This document shows positions 1 to 9,186 of a stretch of DNA of 64,000 nucleotides, one piece after another. This DNA is from a virus, in IMG/VR virus record IMGVR_UViG_3300009128_000011, positions 8,017 through 72,016 of that record. One strand, 5' to 3'. Numbering within the stretch: position 1 is the first letter of the stretch; each line of letters opens with the position of its first letter. The translations under genes were made by a program, and so were the position numbers. A model generated the notes under the pieces. It saw nothing but the letters and a program-made list of their open reading frames with translations, was not told the origin of the DNA and did not search any database.

Positions 1-2
1 AA

Positions 3-800
3 GACTGCATGGACGGAGTCGCCGCGGCCTGGGCCGTCTGGCTCAAGCACCCCGAGGCCAAGTTCGTCCCCCTGGAGTACGGCGTCCCCCCGGCACTCGA
101 GACCTTCGGCGGCCACCACGTCGTCCTGGTCGACTTCTCCTACCCGCGTCACGAGCTGGAGCACATCCGGCGAGTCGCCGGCAGTCTGCTCGTCCTCGAC
201 CACCACAAGACCGCCCAGGCCGACCTGCAGGACTTCCCCGGAGCGGTCTTCGACCTCGACAAGGCCGGGTGCCGGCTGGCGTGGGAGCAGTTCCACCCAG
301 GCGAAGCCGCGCCCTGGGTGATCGACTACGTGGAGGATCGGGACCTGTGGCGGTGGAAGCTCCCAGACAGCGAAGCCGTCAGCGCTGGTCTGGCGCTCCA
401 CGGGATCCCGACACATCCTCACGACTTCGAGCCACTGGCAGCGGGGCAACAGGGAGACGCCGACTGGTGCCACCTGGTGCAGTGCGGGGAGGTCGTTCTC
501 ACCTGCCGCGCCGCCCTCGCCCGCGCCATCTCCCTGACCGCCTACACCGTCGAGATGGGGGACGAGCAGGTCCCCATCGCCACCTGTCCCAAGCTCCTGG
601 CCTCCGAGGTCGGAGAGCTGCTGGCCGACGGGATGCCCTTCGGCGCCACCTGGCACCAGCGACATGACGGCCGCATCGTCGTCGAACTCCGGTCCCGGGA
701 AGGGGGCACCGACGTCTCCGAGGTCGCCAAGCTGTACGGAGGAGGAGGCCACCGGCACGCTGCTGGGTTCGTGACCGACCGGCCTTGGTGGCTGCGATGA
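3..800 (+). CDS. DHH/DHHA1-family phosphoesterase (5' end truncated by the window)
   Basis: DCMDG at the window start, LVDFS, LDHHKTA, EDRDLW and C-terminal GGGGHRHAAGF (DHHA1) motifs. Confidence 0.9.
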   Translation, partial: DCMDGVAAAWAVWLKHPEAKFVPLEYGVPPALETFGGHHVVLVDFSYPRHELEHIRRVAGSLLVLDHHKTAQADLQDFPGAVFDLDKAGCRLAWEQFHPGEAAPWVIDYVEDRDLWRWKLPDSEAVSAGLALHGIPTHPHDFEPLAAGQQGDADWCHLVQCGEVVLTCRAALARAISLTAYTVEMGDEQVPIATCPKLLASEVGELLADGMPFGATWHQRHDGRIVVELRSREGGTDVSEVAKLYGGGGHRHAAGFVTDRPWWLR

Positions 801-994
801 GCGGACCCGACCGGGAAGACCTGCTCGACGCCCTCCAGGCCCTCGCCCCCAACCCATGGGCCGAGCCCTGCCGCACCTGCGTCCACCTCGACGAGGAGGG
901 GTGCAACGACTGCGGTCGACCGAACTGCGACCTGGTCGACCGGGACGCACCGGACGCCACCGGCGACTGCACCGACTACGAGGACGGGAGGTAG
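797..994 (+). CDS. Small Cys-rich hypothetical protein
   Basis: ATGA overlap with the DHH stop; several CxxC pairs. Confidence 0.55.
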   Translation: MSGPDREDLLDALQALAPNPWAEPCRTCVHLDEEGCNDCGRPNCDLVDRDAPDATGDCTDYEDGR

Positions 995-998
995 GGGC

Positions 999-1358
999 GT
1001 GAACTGCACGCACGACTGGGACCACGAGTTCGCCGGGTGCACCGCCGACGGTGGGACCGTGATGGTGCTCCGGGCTCGGGGATCCGGCATCACGGAGGCC
1101 ACGCACCGGCTGCAGAACGCCCTCGACGACTTCGGCACCGCCACCTACGACAACGTCGGCCGCATCGGGCAGATCGCCGAGGACATCCGCAGGGCAGAGG
1201 CCCAGGTCCAGGCCATGCTCCGCAACGCCGAGATGTCCAGGGTCGGCCCCGAGCTGGACCTGCGCCCGACCCCCCGCCCGCGGATCTCCCGCTGGCCCGA
1301 GCACGCGCTGCAACGACGGTTCGCCCGGAGGGACCGGGCGCTGGCGGTGAAGGCGTGA
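999..1358 (+). CDS. Hypothetical protein
   Basis: Follows GGGAGG; GTGA overlap with the next gene. Confidence 0.55.
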   Translation: MNCTHDWDHEFAGCTADGGTVMVLRARGSGITEATHRLQNALDDFGTATYDNVGRIGQIAEDIRRAEAQVQAMLRNAEMSRVGPELDLRPTPRPRISRWPEHALQRRFARRDRALAVKA

Positions 1359-2521
1359 ACTACGCCGAGACCGTCGCCCCCTTCGTCGACCGCTGCCTGT
1401 TCGGGGACGCGCTGGACCGGCTCCGGGGCGTCCCCGACGGCGTGGTGCATTCGTGCTGTACGAGCCCCCCCTACTGGGGCCTTCGGGACTATTCAGCAGA
1501 GGGACAACTCGGCCTCGAAGCGACGCCGGCCGAGTACGTCGACAAGCTCGTCACCATCCTCCGGGAAGTCCGCCGCGTCCTCCGGCCCGACGGCACCCTC
1601 TGGCTCAACCTGGGGGACTCGTACAGCGGCAGCGGCGTCAACGACGGCACGAAGTCCCCGGGGCTGTCCAAGGCAGCGGCCCGCGGCAACCCGCAGAAGC
1701 GCCCCGGCGCGAACCGGTGGTCCTGCCCGCTGCCCCGGAAGAACCTCGTCGGCATCCCCTGGCGCGTCGCCTTCGCCCTCCAGGACGACGGCTGGGTGCT
1801 CCGCTCGGACATCGTGTGGGCCAAGCCGTCCTGCATGCCAGAGTCTGTCACGGACCGGCCAGTGCGGTCGCACGAGTACGTCTTTCTGCTCGCGCCGGGG
1901 CCCGTGTACCACTACGACGCGGTGGCGGTGCGGGAGGGGGATAGCGGGGCCCCGGCAGGGAACACCGAGCGGAAGGTAGCGGACGGGACAGAGGGGCGAC
2001 TTGCTACCCACGCAGGGCGCGGTGTCCCGTGGAAGCCCGGTAGCGGCCGCAACCAGCGCGATGTCTGGACGATCAGCACGAAGCCGTACGCCAAGGCCCA
2101 CTTCGCCGTCTTCCCGCCGGAGTTGCCCAAGCGCTGCATCATGGCGGGCACGAGCGAGAAGGGCTGCTGCCCCGAGTGCGGGGCGCCGTGGGAGAGGGTG
2201 GTGGAGAAGACCGCCGAACCCGACGTGAGCAGCCGAGGCAGTCGCTTCGACAAGGGCAAGACCGGGGTCAACGGCCAAGGGCGAACGCTACTAGGAGAGC
2301 GGACCACATCCGTCATCACCGGCTGGCGCAGAACCTGCACCTGCGACGCCGGGGATCCGGTGCCTTGCCTGGTGCTGGATCCGTTCCTCGGCAGCGGCAC
2401 TACCGCGATGGTGGCCCAGGACCTCGGGCGGCGCTGGCTCGGGGTCGAGCTGAATCGGGACTACGAGGCGCTCCAGCGGGAGAGGACGCAGCAGCTCGGG
2501 CTGCTGGGGTACGTGCCTTGA
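1355..2521 (+). CDS. Orphan DNA methyltransferase, N4-cytosine/N6-adenine family, with a Zn-ribbon insertion
   Basis: TSPPYWG catalytic motif, WLNLGDSY, HFAVFP, and VLDPFLGSGTT SAM motif; CPECG...CTC insertion; GTG start at 1355. Confidence 0.92.
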   Translation: MNYAETVAPFVDRCLFGDALDRLRGVPDGVVHSCCTSPPYWGLRDYSAEGQLGLEATPAEYVDKLVTILREVRRVLRPDGTLWLNLGDSYSGSGVNDGTKSPGLSKAAARGNPQKRPGANRWSCPLPRKNLVGIPWRVAFALQDDGWVLRSDIVWAKPSCMPESVTDRPVRSHEYVFLLAPGPVYHYDAVAVREGDSGAPAGNTERKVADGTEGRLATHAGRGVPWKPGSGRNQRDVWTISTKPYAKAHFAVFPPELPKRCIMAGTSEKGCCPECGAPWERVVEKTAEPDVSSRGSRFDKGKTGVNGQGRTLLGERTTSVITGWRRTCTCDAGDPVPCLVLDPFLGSGTTAMVAQDLGRRWLGVELNRDYEALQRERTQQLGLLGYVP

Positions 2522-2799
2522 CCCCTTCCGCCCCCGACTGCCGCGCCTGCGGTGCCTGCTGCGGCACCGACGACGAGAACCGCTGCGGCTACCTCCACGG
2601 CACCATCGGAGAGCACGTCACCTGCGGGAGGTACGACAGCCCCAGCCGACCGCGCATCTGCGGTCTGTTCCCCCGCGACGACCCCGTCTGCCACCTCGCA
2701 CGCTTCGAGCGCCTCGGCATCCCATGCGACGCCGAGACCCTCCGCAAGGGGGAGCGGCAGTTCGAGGAGCTCACCGCACTGCTGGAGCCGCTGCCATGA
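2518..2799 (+). CDS. YkgJ-like cysteine-cluster protein
   Basis: CRACGACC ... CGYL ... C..Y..RPRIC..FP pattern; TTGA overlap with the MTase stop. Confidence 0.7.
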   Translation: MTPSAPDCRACGACCGTDDENRCGYLHGTIGEHVTCGRYDSPSRPRICGLFPRDDPVCHLARFERLGIPCDAETLRKGERQFEELTALLEPLP

Positions 2800-3002
2800 C
2801 ACCTCCAGACCACCCTCCCCTCACCCCCTCCGAAGCCCTCCACGTCGCCCGTGCCGTCCTCCTCGCCGCTGCCGGCGACGACGCAGGCGACCCGCGGGCA
2901 GGAGGGGACTGGGAGGTCGTCAGGCTCGCCGCGGACGTGCTGGGGCACCTGGGGGAGGCGGTGGGGGAGAGCGTCGCTCGACCTCCTCGACGAACGAGGT
3001 AA
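2796..3002 (+). CDS. Hypothetical protein
   Basis: ATGA overlap with the previous stop. Confidence 0.45.
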   Translation: MTPPDHPPLTPSEALHVARAVLLAAAGDDAGDPRAGGDWEVVRLAADVLGHLGEAVGESVARPPRRTR

Positions 3003-3225
3003 ACGGCCCCGGAGGCTCCGGCTCGAACTCCGCGCACTCCAGAGCCCCCGCGCACATCGGACAGTCGTCCCCCCTCCTGATCACGTGCCGCGGCGTCACG
3101 ATGCGTCCCCGGTCGTCGCTCAGCAAGCCACCCTCTCCGGACTGCCAGAGGCAGTCCGGGCACTCGAGCAGCACCGTGTCCGGACCCATGTCGCAGGGGA
3201 TGATCTCGACCGTCAAGCGTCCCAC
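2920..3225 (-). CDS. Hypothetical Zn-ribbon protein
   Basis: CPDC...CPMC; directly downstream of the primase gene. Confidence 0.5.
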   Translation of the reverse strand: MGRLTVEIIPCDMGPDTVLLECPDCLWQSGEGGLLSDDRGRIVTPRHVIRRGDDCPMCAGALECAEFEPEPPGPFTSFVEEVERRSPPPPPPGAPARPRRA

Positions 3226-3226
3226 G

Positions 3227-5836
3227 TCAGTACCACTCCTGCTGCTGGGGCTCGGCCTGCGCTGGTGGCGCCGGCTCGCCCTTCACCCCCTCGAGCCCGA
3301 GCTGCCCCCGGGGCGGCGACAGGACCGAGTAGCGCACGTTGCCTCGGCGGTCCTTGTCCTCGTACCAGGGGTGTGCCTTGAGGATGTCCGTGATCCGGCG
3401 CACCTCCCAGTCTGCGTACTCCGACCGAGCCGGCATCGCCGCCGACAGCGCCGTCGCGTTGAGGAACAGCCGACGCCCGTTCGGATCCCAGCCGCCGAGC
3501 AAGAGCGGAAGGTCGACTGCCGTGCTCCCTGTCCCGATGCTGCGTCGGACCGTTGTCAGACGCCTGCTCCCGTGGTCATCCAGAACCGCCAGCGGGACGT
3601 CCAGCACGTACTCCAGGAAGCGTTGCTCTTGAGGCCCCGACTCCCGCAGCTCCTCACATGCCCCTGCCTCGTAGGACTGTAGCAGCGCCTCCCACGGCTC
3701 CCCCAGCATCTTGAGCATCATCGCCGCGGGGATCACGTTGCGCGCCAGCCGCACGGGGATCCCCGCCTCGTCTGCCCCCCTCCTGACCGTCTCGTACTCG
3801 TCCAGAAACCGTGGGGCGTGACAGGCGAGCCCCCACGACACCACCGGCCGCAGCCTGGCGAGCAACTCCTCCTGCCCCGCCAGCGGGCTGGCGTGCCCGG
3901 GCTCCTGCACTGTCCGCACCTGCCAGAACCGGTTGAGATCCTGGTCCTGCGGCGGCCCCGAGATCCCCGAGTAGATGAGCGGGCCGAGCAGCCGGCACCG
4001 CTCCACCTTGCTCGACCGGTTGATCGTGCCCCGGGTCATGTACCCGACCCGGTACATATCGAAGATCAGGTCCCGCTGCCGCAGCGACCGCGGGTTGTTC
4101 TCCACGTCGTCCATCACGCACGCCGCCGACTTGTTCCCGAACTCCTGCATGAGCGTGTACGGCGTGGCGTTTCCCAGCTCCAAGATGTGCTCCGACAGGG
4201 CGAACAGCGCCGTGCACAGGTTCGACTTCCCGCTGTTCGTCTGCCCCTGGATCCACACCCAGGGGGGCTCCCCGGGGATCGCCGGCGTCAGCGGCACCGT
4301 CAGCGTCGTGGCGGCCAGGAAGTACGGCACCAGCGCGCTGTCGAACGTCCACCGGCCGAACAGCTCGCACAGCTCGTGGTAGGCCGCCCGGATCTCGTCC
4401 GGCGTGTGCACCGACGGCGTCGACCGCACCTTGCCGCTCGGCGCCGAGAAGTGGCCAGCCACGATGGGGGCCGGCAGCCGCTCCCACGCGCTGCCCGAGA
4501 AGACGAACGTCCCCGCCTTGGAGATCGCCGCCACCTCGTCGCCCAGTAGGTGTACCCCGTCGGCGATCTCGTCCTCCGGCACCGGCTCCGAGCATACCTG
4601 GCCGAGGATCTCCGCCACCTGGTTGCGCGCCTTCTTCTCGTCGAACCGCTTGAACACCCGCTTGACGTTGCCCTCGTCGTCCTTCTTGTCCTCCCACACA
4701 GCCCCGAGCTTGTGCTTCGCGCTCTCCCACTTCGGGCCCAGCGCCACGCCGAGACGGGTCTCGTTCGTCGCCTGGTTGATCGGGATCTCCACCCGGCGGT
4801 CCCGGTAGCACACCAGTGACCCGCCCAGGCTCCCGATGGGCAACACGCTCCCGAACAGCTTGCGCCACCGGGCCAGCGGGCGGAGCTGCGCCACGATGTC
4901 GTCCGGCAGGCTCGACGCCCCCGCCACCTGGTCCCCCTTCTCCAGGCGCTTGATCTGGTTGTCCACGCACCGGGTGTAGCTGCGCCGGCGGTCGCTGTCA
5001 GGATCCTGCTCCACCCCCTGGCGCCGGCACACCTCGTCGATGATGCGCAACAGGCCCTCGCGGTCGTAGTGCTGCTTGAGCAGCAGACCCGTGACCGACC
5101 GCCACGTGATCGTTCGCGACTTGCCGTCTGGCGTGCCAGGCCCACCGCTGAAGGGGACGAACGGTACGAGCACCGCGACGATACGTGCCCGATAGAAGGC
5201 CTCCACCCCGTCGTCCCACCGCAGCCCCCCCTCGTACTTCGGGGCAAGGCGCTCCGCAGGCTTCGGCTCCCAATCGCCGATGTCCTCCACGGCGTCGAGC
5301 AGCTCGCCAAGCTCGTGGTGAGAGACCGGCTCGCGCGGTGGGGACGACGGGTGCGCAGGCAGGTAGTAGACCCGGCTGGCGTCCTTGCACTTCTCGTCGA
5401 ACGCCCCGTCCCACTCCTCGTACCACTTCGCCCACAGGGTGGCGTGCACCGCCGAACTGACCGGCGTTGCCAGCGGGAGGACCACCCGGAACCGGTCGCA
5501 TGCAGGCGCAACGAAGTTGCCCTTGTCGTCGTACTTGTCCACCCAGTGGGAATAGGAGGTGTGCAGGACGTACTCGAGCCCCAGGCTCTCCAGGTGGCGC
5601 ATCACCTCGGGGATCGTGATGTTCTCGTCGAAGTCCAAGACGAGGGCCGTGACCTGCTCCACGCCCTCCTTCGCCCGCGTCTGCCCCGTCGGGTAGACCG
5701 TCGGGCTCCACAGCACCCCTTCCTTCCTGTCGCGCTCGTCGAACTCCATGAAGGGGTCCGGCCAGTCTACGCCAAGCGGCCTGGGTACGTTGTCCTTGAG
5801 GTTGTCGAAGCGGTCAGCAGCGAACGTGTCAAGCAC
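3227..5836 (-). CDS. AEP-type primase-polymerase fused to a P-loop helicase (replication protein)
   Basis: N-terminal LVLDFD, HTSYSH, RFRVVLPL, KDASRVYYLP; C-terminal Walker A GQTNSGKS and Walker B CVMDDVE. Confidence 0.85.
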   Translation of the reverse strand: MLDTFAADRFDNLKDNVPRPLGVDWPDPFMEFDERDRKEGVLWSPTVYPTGQTRAKEGVEQVTALVLDFDENITIPEVMRHLESLGLEYVLHTSYSHWVDKYDDKGNFVAPACDRFRVVLPLATPVSSAVHATLWAKWYEEWDGAFDEKCKDASRVYYLPAHPSSPPREPVSHHELGELLDAVEDIGDWEPKPAERLAPKYEGGLRWDDGVEAFYRARIVAVLVPFVPFSGGPGTPDGKSRTITWRSVTGLLLKQHYDREGLLRIIDEVCRRQGVEQDPDSDRRRSYTRCVDNQIKRLEKGDQVAGASSLPDDIVAQLRPLARWRKLFGSVLPIGSLGGSLVCYRDRRVEIPINQATNETRLGVALGPKWESAKHKLGAVWEDKKDDEGNVKRVFKRFDEKKARNQVAEILGQVCSEPVPEDEIADGVHLLGDEVAAISKAGTFVFSGSAWERLPAPIVAGHFSAPSGKVRSTPSVHTPDEIRAAYHELCELFGRWTFDSALVPYFLAATTLTVPLTPAIPGEPPWVWIQGQTNSGKSNLCTALFALSEHILELGNATPYTLMQEFGNKSAACVMDDVENNPRSLRQRDLIFDMYRVGYMTRGTINRSSKVERCRLLGPLIYSGISGPPQDQDLNRFWQVRTVQEPGHASPLAGQEELLARLRPVVSWGLACHAPRFLDEYETVRRGADEAGIPVRLARNVIPAAMMLKMLGEPWEALLQSYEAGACEELRESGPQEQRFLEYVLDVPLAVLDDHGSRRLTTVRRSIGTGSTAVDLPLLLGGWDPNGRRLFLNATALSAAMPARSEYADWEVRRITDILKAHPWYEDKDRRGNVRYSVLSPPRGQLGLEGVKGEPAPPAQAEPQQQEWY

Positions 5837-5876
5837 GACGCGTCCACGCGACAGCCGAGGGGGTCTGGGTCAGCAT
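5829..5876 (-). CDS. Putative 15-aa leader peptide (MLTQTPSAVAWTRRA) overlapping the primase start
   Basis: AGGGAG SD 5 nt before the ATG at 5876; its TGA lies within GTGCTTGA at the primase start. Confidence 0.4.
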   Translation of the reverse strand: MLTQTPSAVAWTRRA

Positions 5877-6002
5877 GCGGTCTCCCTGTCGACAACGACG
5901 GGCCCGGGGCCGGTCAGGGGCGACAGGGAGTCCGTAGAACCCTGCCGGCCAACCGGCCCGCCTCGCCCTCGGGTCGCGACCCCCGAGGACTGGAATGACT
6001 CC

Positions 6003-6031
6003 AGGATGCCCCAGCCCCGCCTCGGCGTCAA
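6003..6031 (-). promoter_or_regulatory. Putative sigma70-type promoter for the primase operon
   Basis: TTGACG-17 nt-CATCCT on the minus strand. Confidence 0.5.
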
Positions 6032-6045
6032 CCAACCGGCCCGAC

Positions 6046-6356
6046 CTCAGCCAGGTCGCCAGGTCTCAAGTCGACCTGGCTGAGACCTGGCTGAGTAGAT
6101 CCGGGGGGTCTAACTATCTATTACTATTATAGATCTTCTTCTACTACTACTACTGCTCAGCCAGGTCGCCAGGTATAGGGGTCTACGTGAATTACATGCG
6201 GAGAAGGAGAGGGAGGAGATCGGATCCGTGATCGGGTCATGTGAATAGGCACGCATCGCGCTCTAGACCTGGCGACCTGGCTGAGAGTCGACGAATCGGC
6301 AACGATCAAGGATGGTTAGGCCTCAGCCAGGTCGCGGTCTTCCTCTGGCTGAGACC
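6046..6356. repeat. Putative replication origin: iterons in both orientations around an AT-rich core
   Basis: CTCAGCCAGGTCGCCAGGT at 6046 and 6156, its reverse complement at 6267, half copies at 6074, 6085, 6322 and about 6345; AT-rich (CTA)n tract at about 6110-6153; adjacent to the primase gene. Confidence 0.75.
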
Positions 6357-6530
6357 CGGCGAGATGCCCCACAACGACCGACGCCCCCGACCATGGGGCG
6401 TGGCAGGGGGCGTCAGTCCCGTCAGGCCACGGATCAGCGTCCCGACGGTGCCAAGGTGCCCGGGGACAGGAGTCGCCCGAGCTCTTGACGCCAGGCTACC
6501 ACCCCCCGCCGGAGGCGAGCAAGGGAGGGG

Positions 6531-6866
6531 CTACAGGGCCAGGATCTCCCAGTACAGCCCGTGTTCGTCCCGGCCGACTGCGCCGAGGCCGATGGCGAAC
6601 TTCCGCCGGATGGCGTCGAGGGATGGGAAGGGGATGCAGTAGGAGGCGTAGCCCCCTGCCTGCCGGTTCATCAGTCCCCATCCCCCTTCGGGCAGCGGGC
6701 GCGCTACCGTATCGCAGAACAGGCGCGTAGTGCCCGAAGGCAGGCTATTGACCCGCTGGCGGACCCATCCGGCGCCTCGCTCATCGATGCCCTCCCCCGG
6801 CCTGACCGCATCCCGGGCCTCCCGCTCGTTCTTCGCCGCGAAGCGGTTCTCTGCTGCTGCACTCAT
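6531..6866 (-). CDS. Hypothetical protein
   Basis: GGAGG SD; ATGA overlap with the upstream gene. Confidence 0.6.
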   Translation of the reverse strand: MSAAAENRFAAKNEREARDAVRPGEGIDERGAGWVRQRVNSLPSGTTRLFCDTVARPLPEGGWGLMNRQAGGYASYCIPFPSLDAIRRKFAIGLGAVGRDEHGLYWEILAL

Positions 6867-7312
6867 GCCGTCCTCCGAGTCGTCAGCGCCTGCTCCAGGT
6901 CCCGGACCGCACCGGCCACGCCGCCGGGCCCGTACTGGATGCCCATGGTGTAGATCTCCTCCCCGTCAGCGTCCCGGGCCAGCTCGATCCGGCCGGCCTT
7001 CGCCGCCGCCTTGTCGATGGCCAGGAAGCCCTGAGTCCCGAGGTCCACCCGGTAGGTGTCCCCCCCCCAGGCCGTCACCTCCGCCCGGTGACCCTGCACC
7101 TCGATCACCCGGCACGGCAGCGCCGGCCCCGGCGTCCCCTGCGTCCCACCCATCCCGCTGTCCCGGTACACGTGACCCGGAGGCACCAGCCCCAGCCCGC
7201 CGCACTCGAAGCACTCGCCGCTCGCGACGTGCTTGAACTGCGGGAGGTACCCCGTCCCGCCGCAGCGGGTGCAGCGCTCGGTCGGGTCCGCGAGGTCGTT
7301 GGTCGTCGGCAT
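6863..7312 (-). CDS. Hypothetical protein with a DnaJ-like CxxCxGxG zinc finger
   Basis: CTRCGGTG...CFECGGLG. Confidence 0.7.
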   Translation of the reverse strand: MPTTNDLADPTERCTRCGGTGYLPQFKHVASGECFECGGLGLVPPGHVYRDSGMGGTQGTPGPALPCRVIEVQGHRAEVTAWGGDTYRVDLGTQGFLAIDKAAAKAGRIELARDADGEEIYTMGIQYGPGGVAGAVRDLEQALTTRRTA

Positions 7313-7582
7313 CTACTTGGCCTCCAGCCGCACCGCCCACCCCCCGTGGCTGTCGCCCACCAGGGTGAGACCGGTGCCGTCGTCGTACACGGCGACCTCG
7401 TCCGTGGCCCACGCCTCGACGAGCAGCTCGCCGAAGAGAAACTCGAGGCCGTTGATCCCGCCGTCCTCGATGCCCACGGCGAACCCCTCACCTTCGGCGT
7501 TGAGGCGGTCCCATGCACTCGAGGCCATGTTCTGGCACGCCTGCGTGGTGGGGGCGGTGCGGATCATGGTGGCGGTAGGCAT
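7313..7582 (-). CDS. Hypothetical protein, first gene of minus-strand cassette 1
   Basis: ATG 33 nt downstream of the predicted TSS with a GGGGGA SD; alternative in-frame ATG at 7615. Confidence 0.65.
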   Translation of the reverse strand: MPTATMIRTAPTTQACQNMASSAWDRLNAEGEGFAVGIEDGGINGLEFLFGELLVEAWATDEVAVYDDGTGLTLVGDSHGGWAVRLEAK

Positions 7583-7614
7583 CGTGTCCCCCGTGCTGTT
7601 GTGTTCCCTGACCA

Positions 7615-7681
7615 TGCGTACATAGTAGCAACGAACCCGGGGGTCGTCAAGGGAAAAGCGCACGAGGGGCGAGAAAAGATC
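7615..7681 (-). promoter_or_regulatory. Conserved cassette promoter, copy 1
   Basis: GATCTTTTCTCGCCCCTCGTGCGCTTTTCCC-TTGACG-17 nt-TACTAT. Confidence 0.85.
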
Positions 7682-7901
7682 AAGGTGAGCGGTTCGTGCC
7701 ACGGTGGGACATCTCTCGCGCACGCGTAGGGCCCACTGCGCTCTCCAGGTCTCGTCGCGCATGCGCGCCCGAGGCTCCCCCGCCACGACTCCTCGCTGTC
7801 AAGGATGTCATCCGCAGTACGGCTCGCGTGGTGGTCGCGGTGGGGAGCGGGGTCATCGTAGCATGCTTCGCTGGGGCTACTCGGATCCGCTCTTCTTTCT
7901 C

Positions 7902-7930
7902 TTGACGCGGCCCAGCGTCTCGTCCACAAT
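7902..7930 (+). promoter_or_regulatory. Putative sigma70-type promoter for the rightward operon
   Basis: TTGACG-17 nt-CACAAT, upstream of GGAGG and the ATG at 7981. Confidence 0.6.
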
Positions 7931-7980
7931 GGTTGCTGCCAAGGGAGAACGGTCCGAGCAGGACCAAGACGGGAGGATCG

Positions 7981-8190
7981 ATGGGAGAGCAGAGGAGACC
8001 GAGCACGGTCCGGGTGCGCCTGGGGCGCGGCTCTGGCTTCGTGGCGCAGGTCCCGGGTCGGGAGACGGTGCGTTCCCCGCACCTGTTCACGGCGCTGGTC
8101 CGTGCGCTGGGGTGGCACGGGACGAGTTCGGAGGAGTTGGAGGCGAGGATTCGGTCGGGGGAGTTGGTGGTGCAGGGGGTGGGGAGATGA
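7981..8190 (+). CDS. Hypothetical protein
   Basis: GGGAGG SD; ATGA overlap with the next gene. Confidence 0.55.
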   Translation: MGEQRRPSTVRVRLGRGSGFVAQVPGRETVRSPHLFTALVRALGWHGTSSEELEARIRSGELVVQGVGR

Positions 8191-8519
8191 CCCCCGCCGG
8201 CCGAGCCGAGTGGCGTCGCCGGGCGATCCGCTCCTACCTCGACGGGTCCAGTCTGGCGATCCCGGCGTTCCTCCTGCCGCGGGAGGACGACCAGTTCGCC
8301 GCTGTCCTGGCGTGTCTGGTGGGGGTTCCGGCGACCGACGTCCCGGCCTATCAGCGGGCGCTGTCCGTGGCGCTGTCGTGCGTGATGGCCCTGACGGCCG
8401 GCATGCGGTCGGGCCCGCACTACCAGGCGCTGATGGGGGAGGTGGCCGTGCGCCTGGGTGACGACTTCGCTTGGTCGCTGCACTACTGGCGCCGCGAGGC
8501 GCCGCTGGAGGGAGCGTGA
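8187..8519 (+). CDS. Hypothetical protein
   Basis: Coupled start; codon usage like neighbouring genes. Confidence 0.6.
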   Translation: MTPAGRAEWRRRAIRSYLDGSSLAIPAFLLPREDDQFAAVLACLVGVPATDVPAYQRALSVALSCVMALTAGMRSGPHYQALMGEVAVRLGDDFAWSLHYWRREAPLEGA

Positions 8520-8613
8520 GCTGGCCCACCGACGCTCCGGCGCCGACCGACCGGGAGCGGGACCGGATCGAGTACGTGGAGAGGCGGCAAGACCGCAGAG
8601 CCCGGAGGTTGGA

Positions 8614-9186
8614 ATGCCCTACCACCTGACCCTGCCCGTGGACGAGACCCGGGCGAAGTTGGAGGAGCTGGACGGCCGGCTGACGGGGATCCTGCCGGCG
8701 CGGGGTCCTGACATGGCCAGCGACGACGTGTACCTGCACCGAGCCGCGGACGCATTCGACGAGGCGCTCAAGTGCTGCGTCGGTTCGGTGGCACCGCGAT
8801 TGGCCGCGGCCATCGACTCGCTGGAATACGTTACCTGCGGGCACAAGGGAGTCGTCGACGAGCTGCTCGCCGGCCTGCGGGCGCTGGTGACGGAGGAGGC
8901 GGAGGAGGACGGGGTGCTCCCCTTCCGGAGTTGGACGATCCTCGAGGACGGTGTCGTGTTGGAGGACGGCCCGGCGGGTGTCCCCGGCGACCAACGGGTG
9001 TCCGGCGGGGCGCCCCGTCCAGCGGTGGTCGAGACCGCCGCCCCCCCCGCCTTCACCGCCACCGTCCAGGCGGCTCTCGCCCACCTGGCGGAGGTGAAGT
9101 CGTGCCCGGCGGAGGTGGGGGTCCACATCGGGCGGGCGGAGCGGTGCCTGCGGGCGCTGGTGCCGGACGGGGGGGACCGTGGCTGA
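8614..9186 (+). CDS. Hypothetical protein
   Basis: GGAGG SD before the ATG at 8614. Confidence 0.6.
   Translation: MPYHLTLPVDETRAKLEELDGRLTGILPARGPDMASDDVYLHRAADAFDEALKCCVGSVAPRLAAAIDSLEYVTCGHKGVVDELLAGLRALVTEEAEEDGVLPFRSWTILEDGVVLEDGPAGVPGDQRVSGGAPRPAVVETAAPPAFTATVQAALAHLAEVKSCPAEVGVHIGRAERCLRALVPDGGDRG

Noticed and set aside
1355-2521. Methyltransferase as part of a restriction-modification system
   Set aside because: No adjacent endonuclease is recognisable; orphan MTases are routine in phages.
6046-6356. Repeats as a CRISPR array
   Set aside because: Units are short, alternate in orientation, are irregularly spaced, and there are no cas genes; an origin fits better.
6380-6414. GACGCCCCC...GGGGGCGTC hairpin as an intrinsic terminator
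   Set aside because: The stem is real but has no U tract on either strand, so a function cannot be assigned.
7682-7900. Possible small ORF or ncRNA between the divergent promoters
   Set aside because: No convincing SD, motif or stable fold; the TTGACA near 7797-7802 (-) has no matching -10 box.
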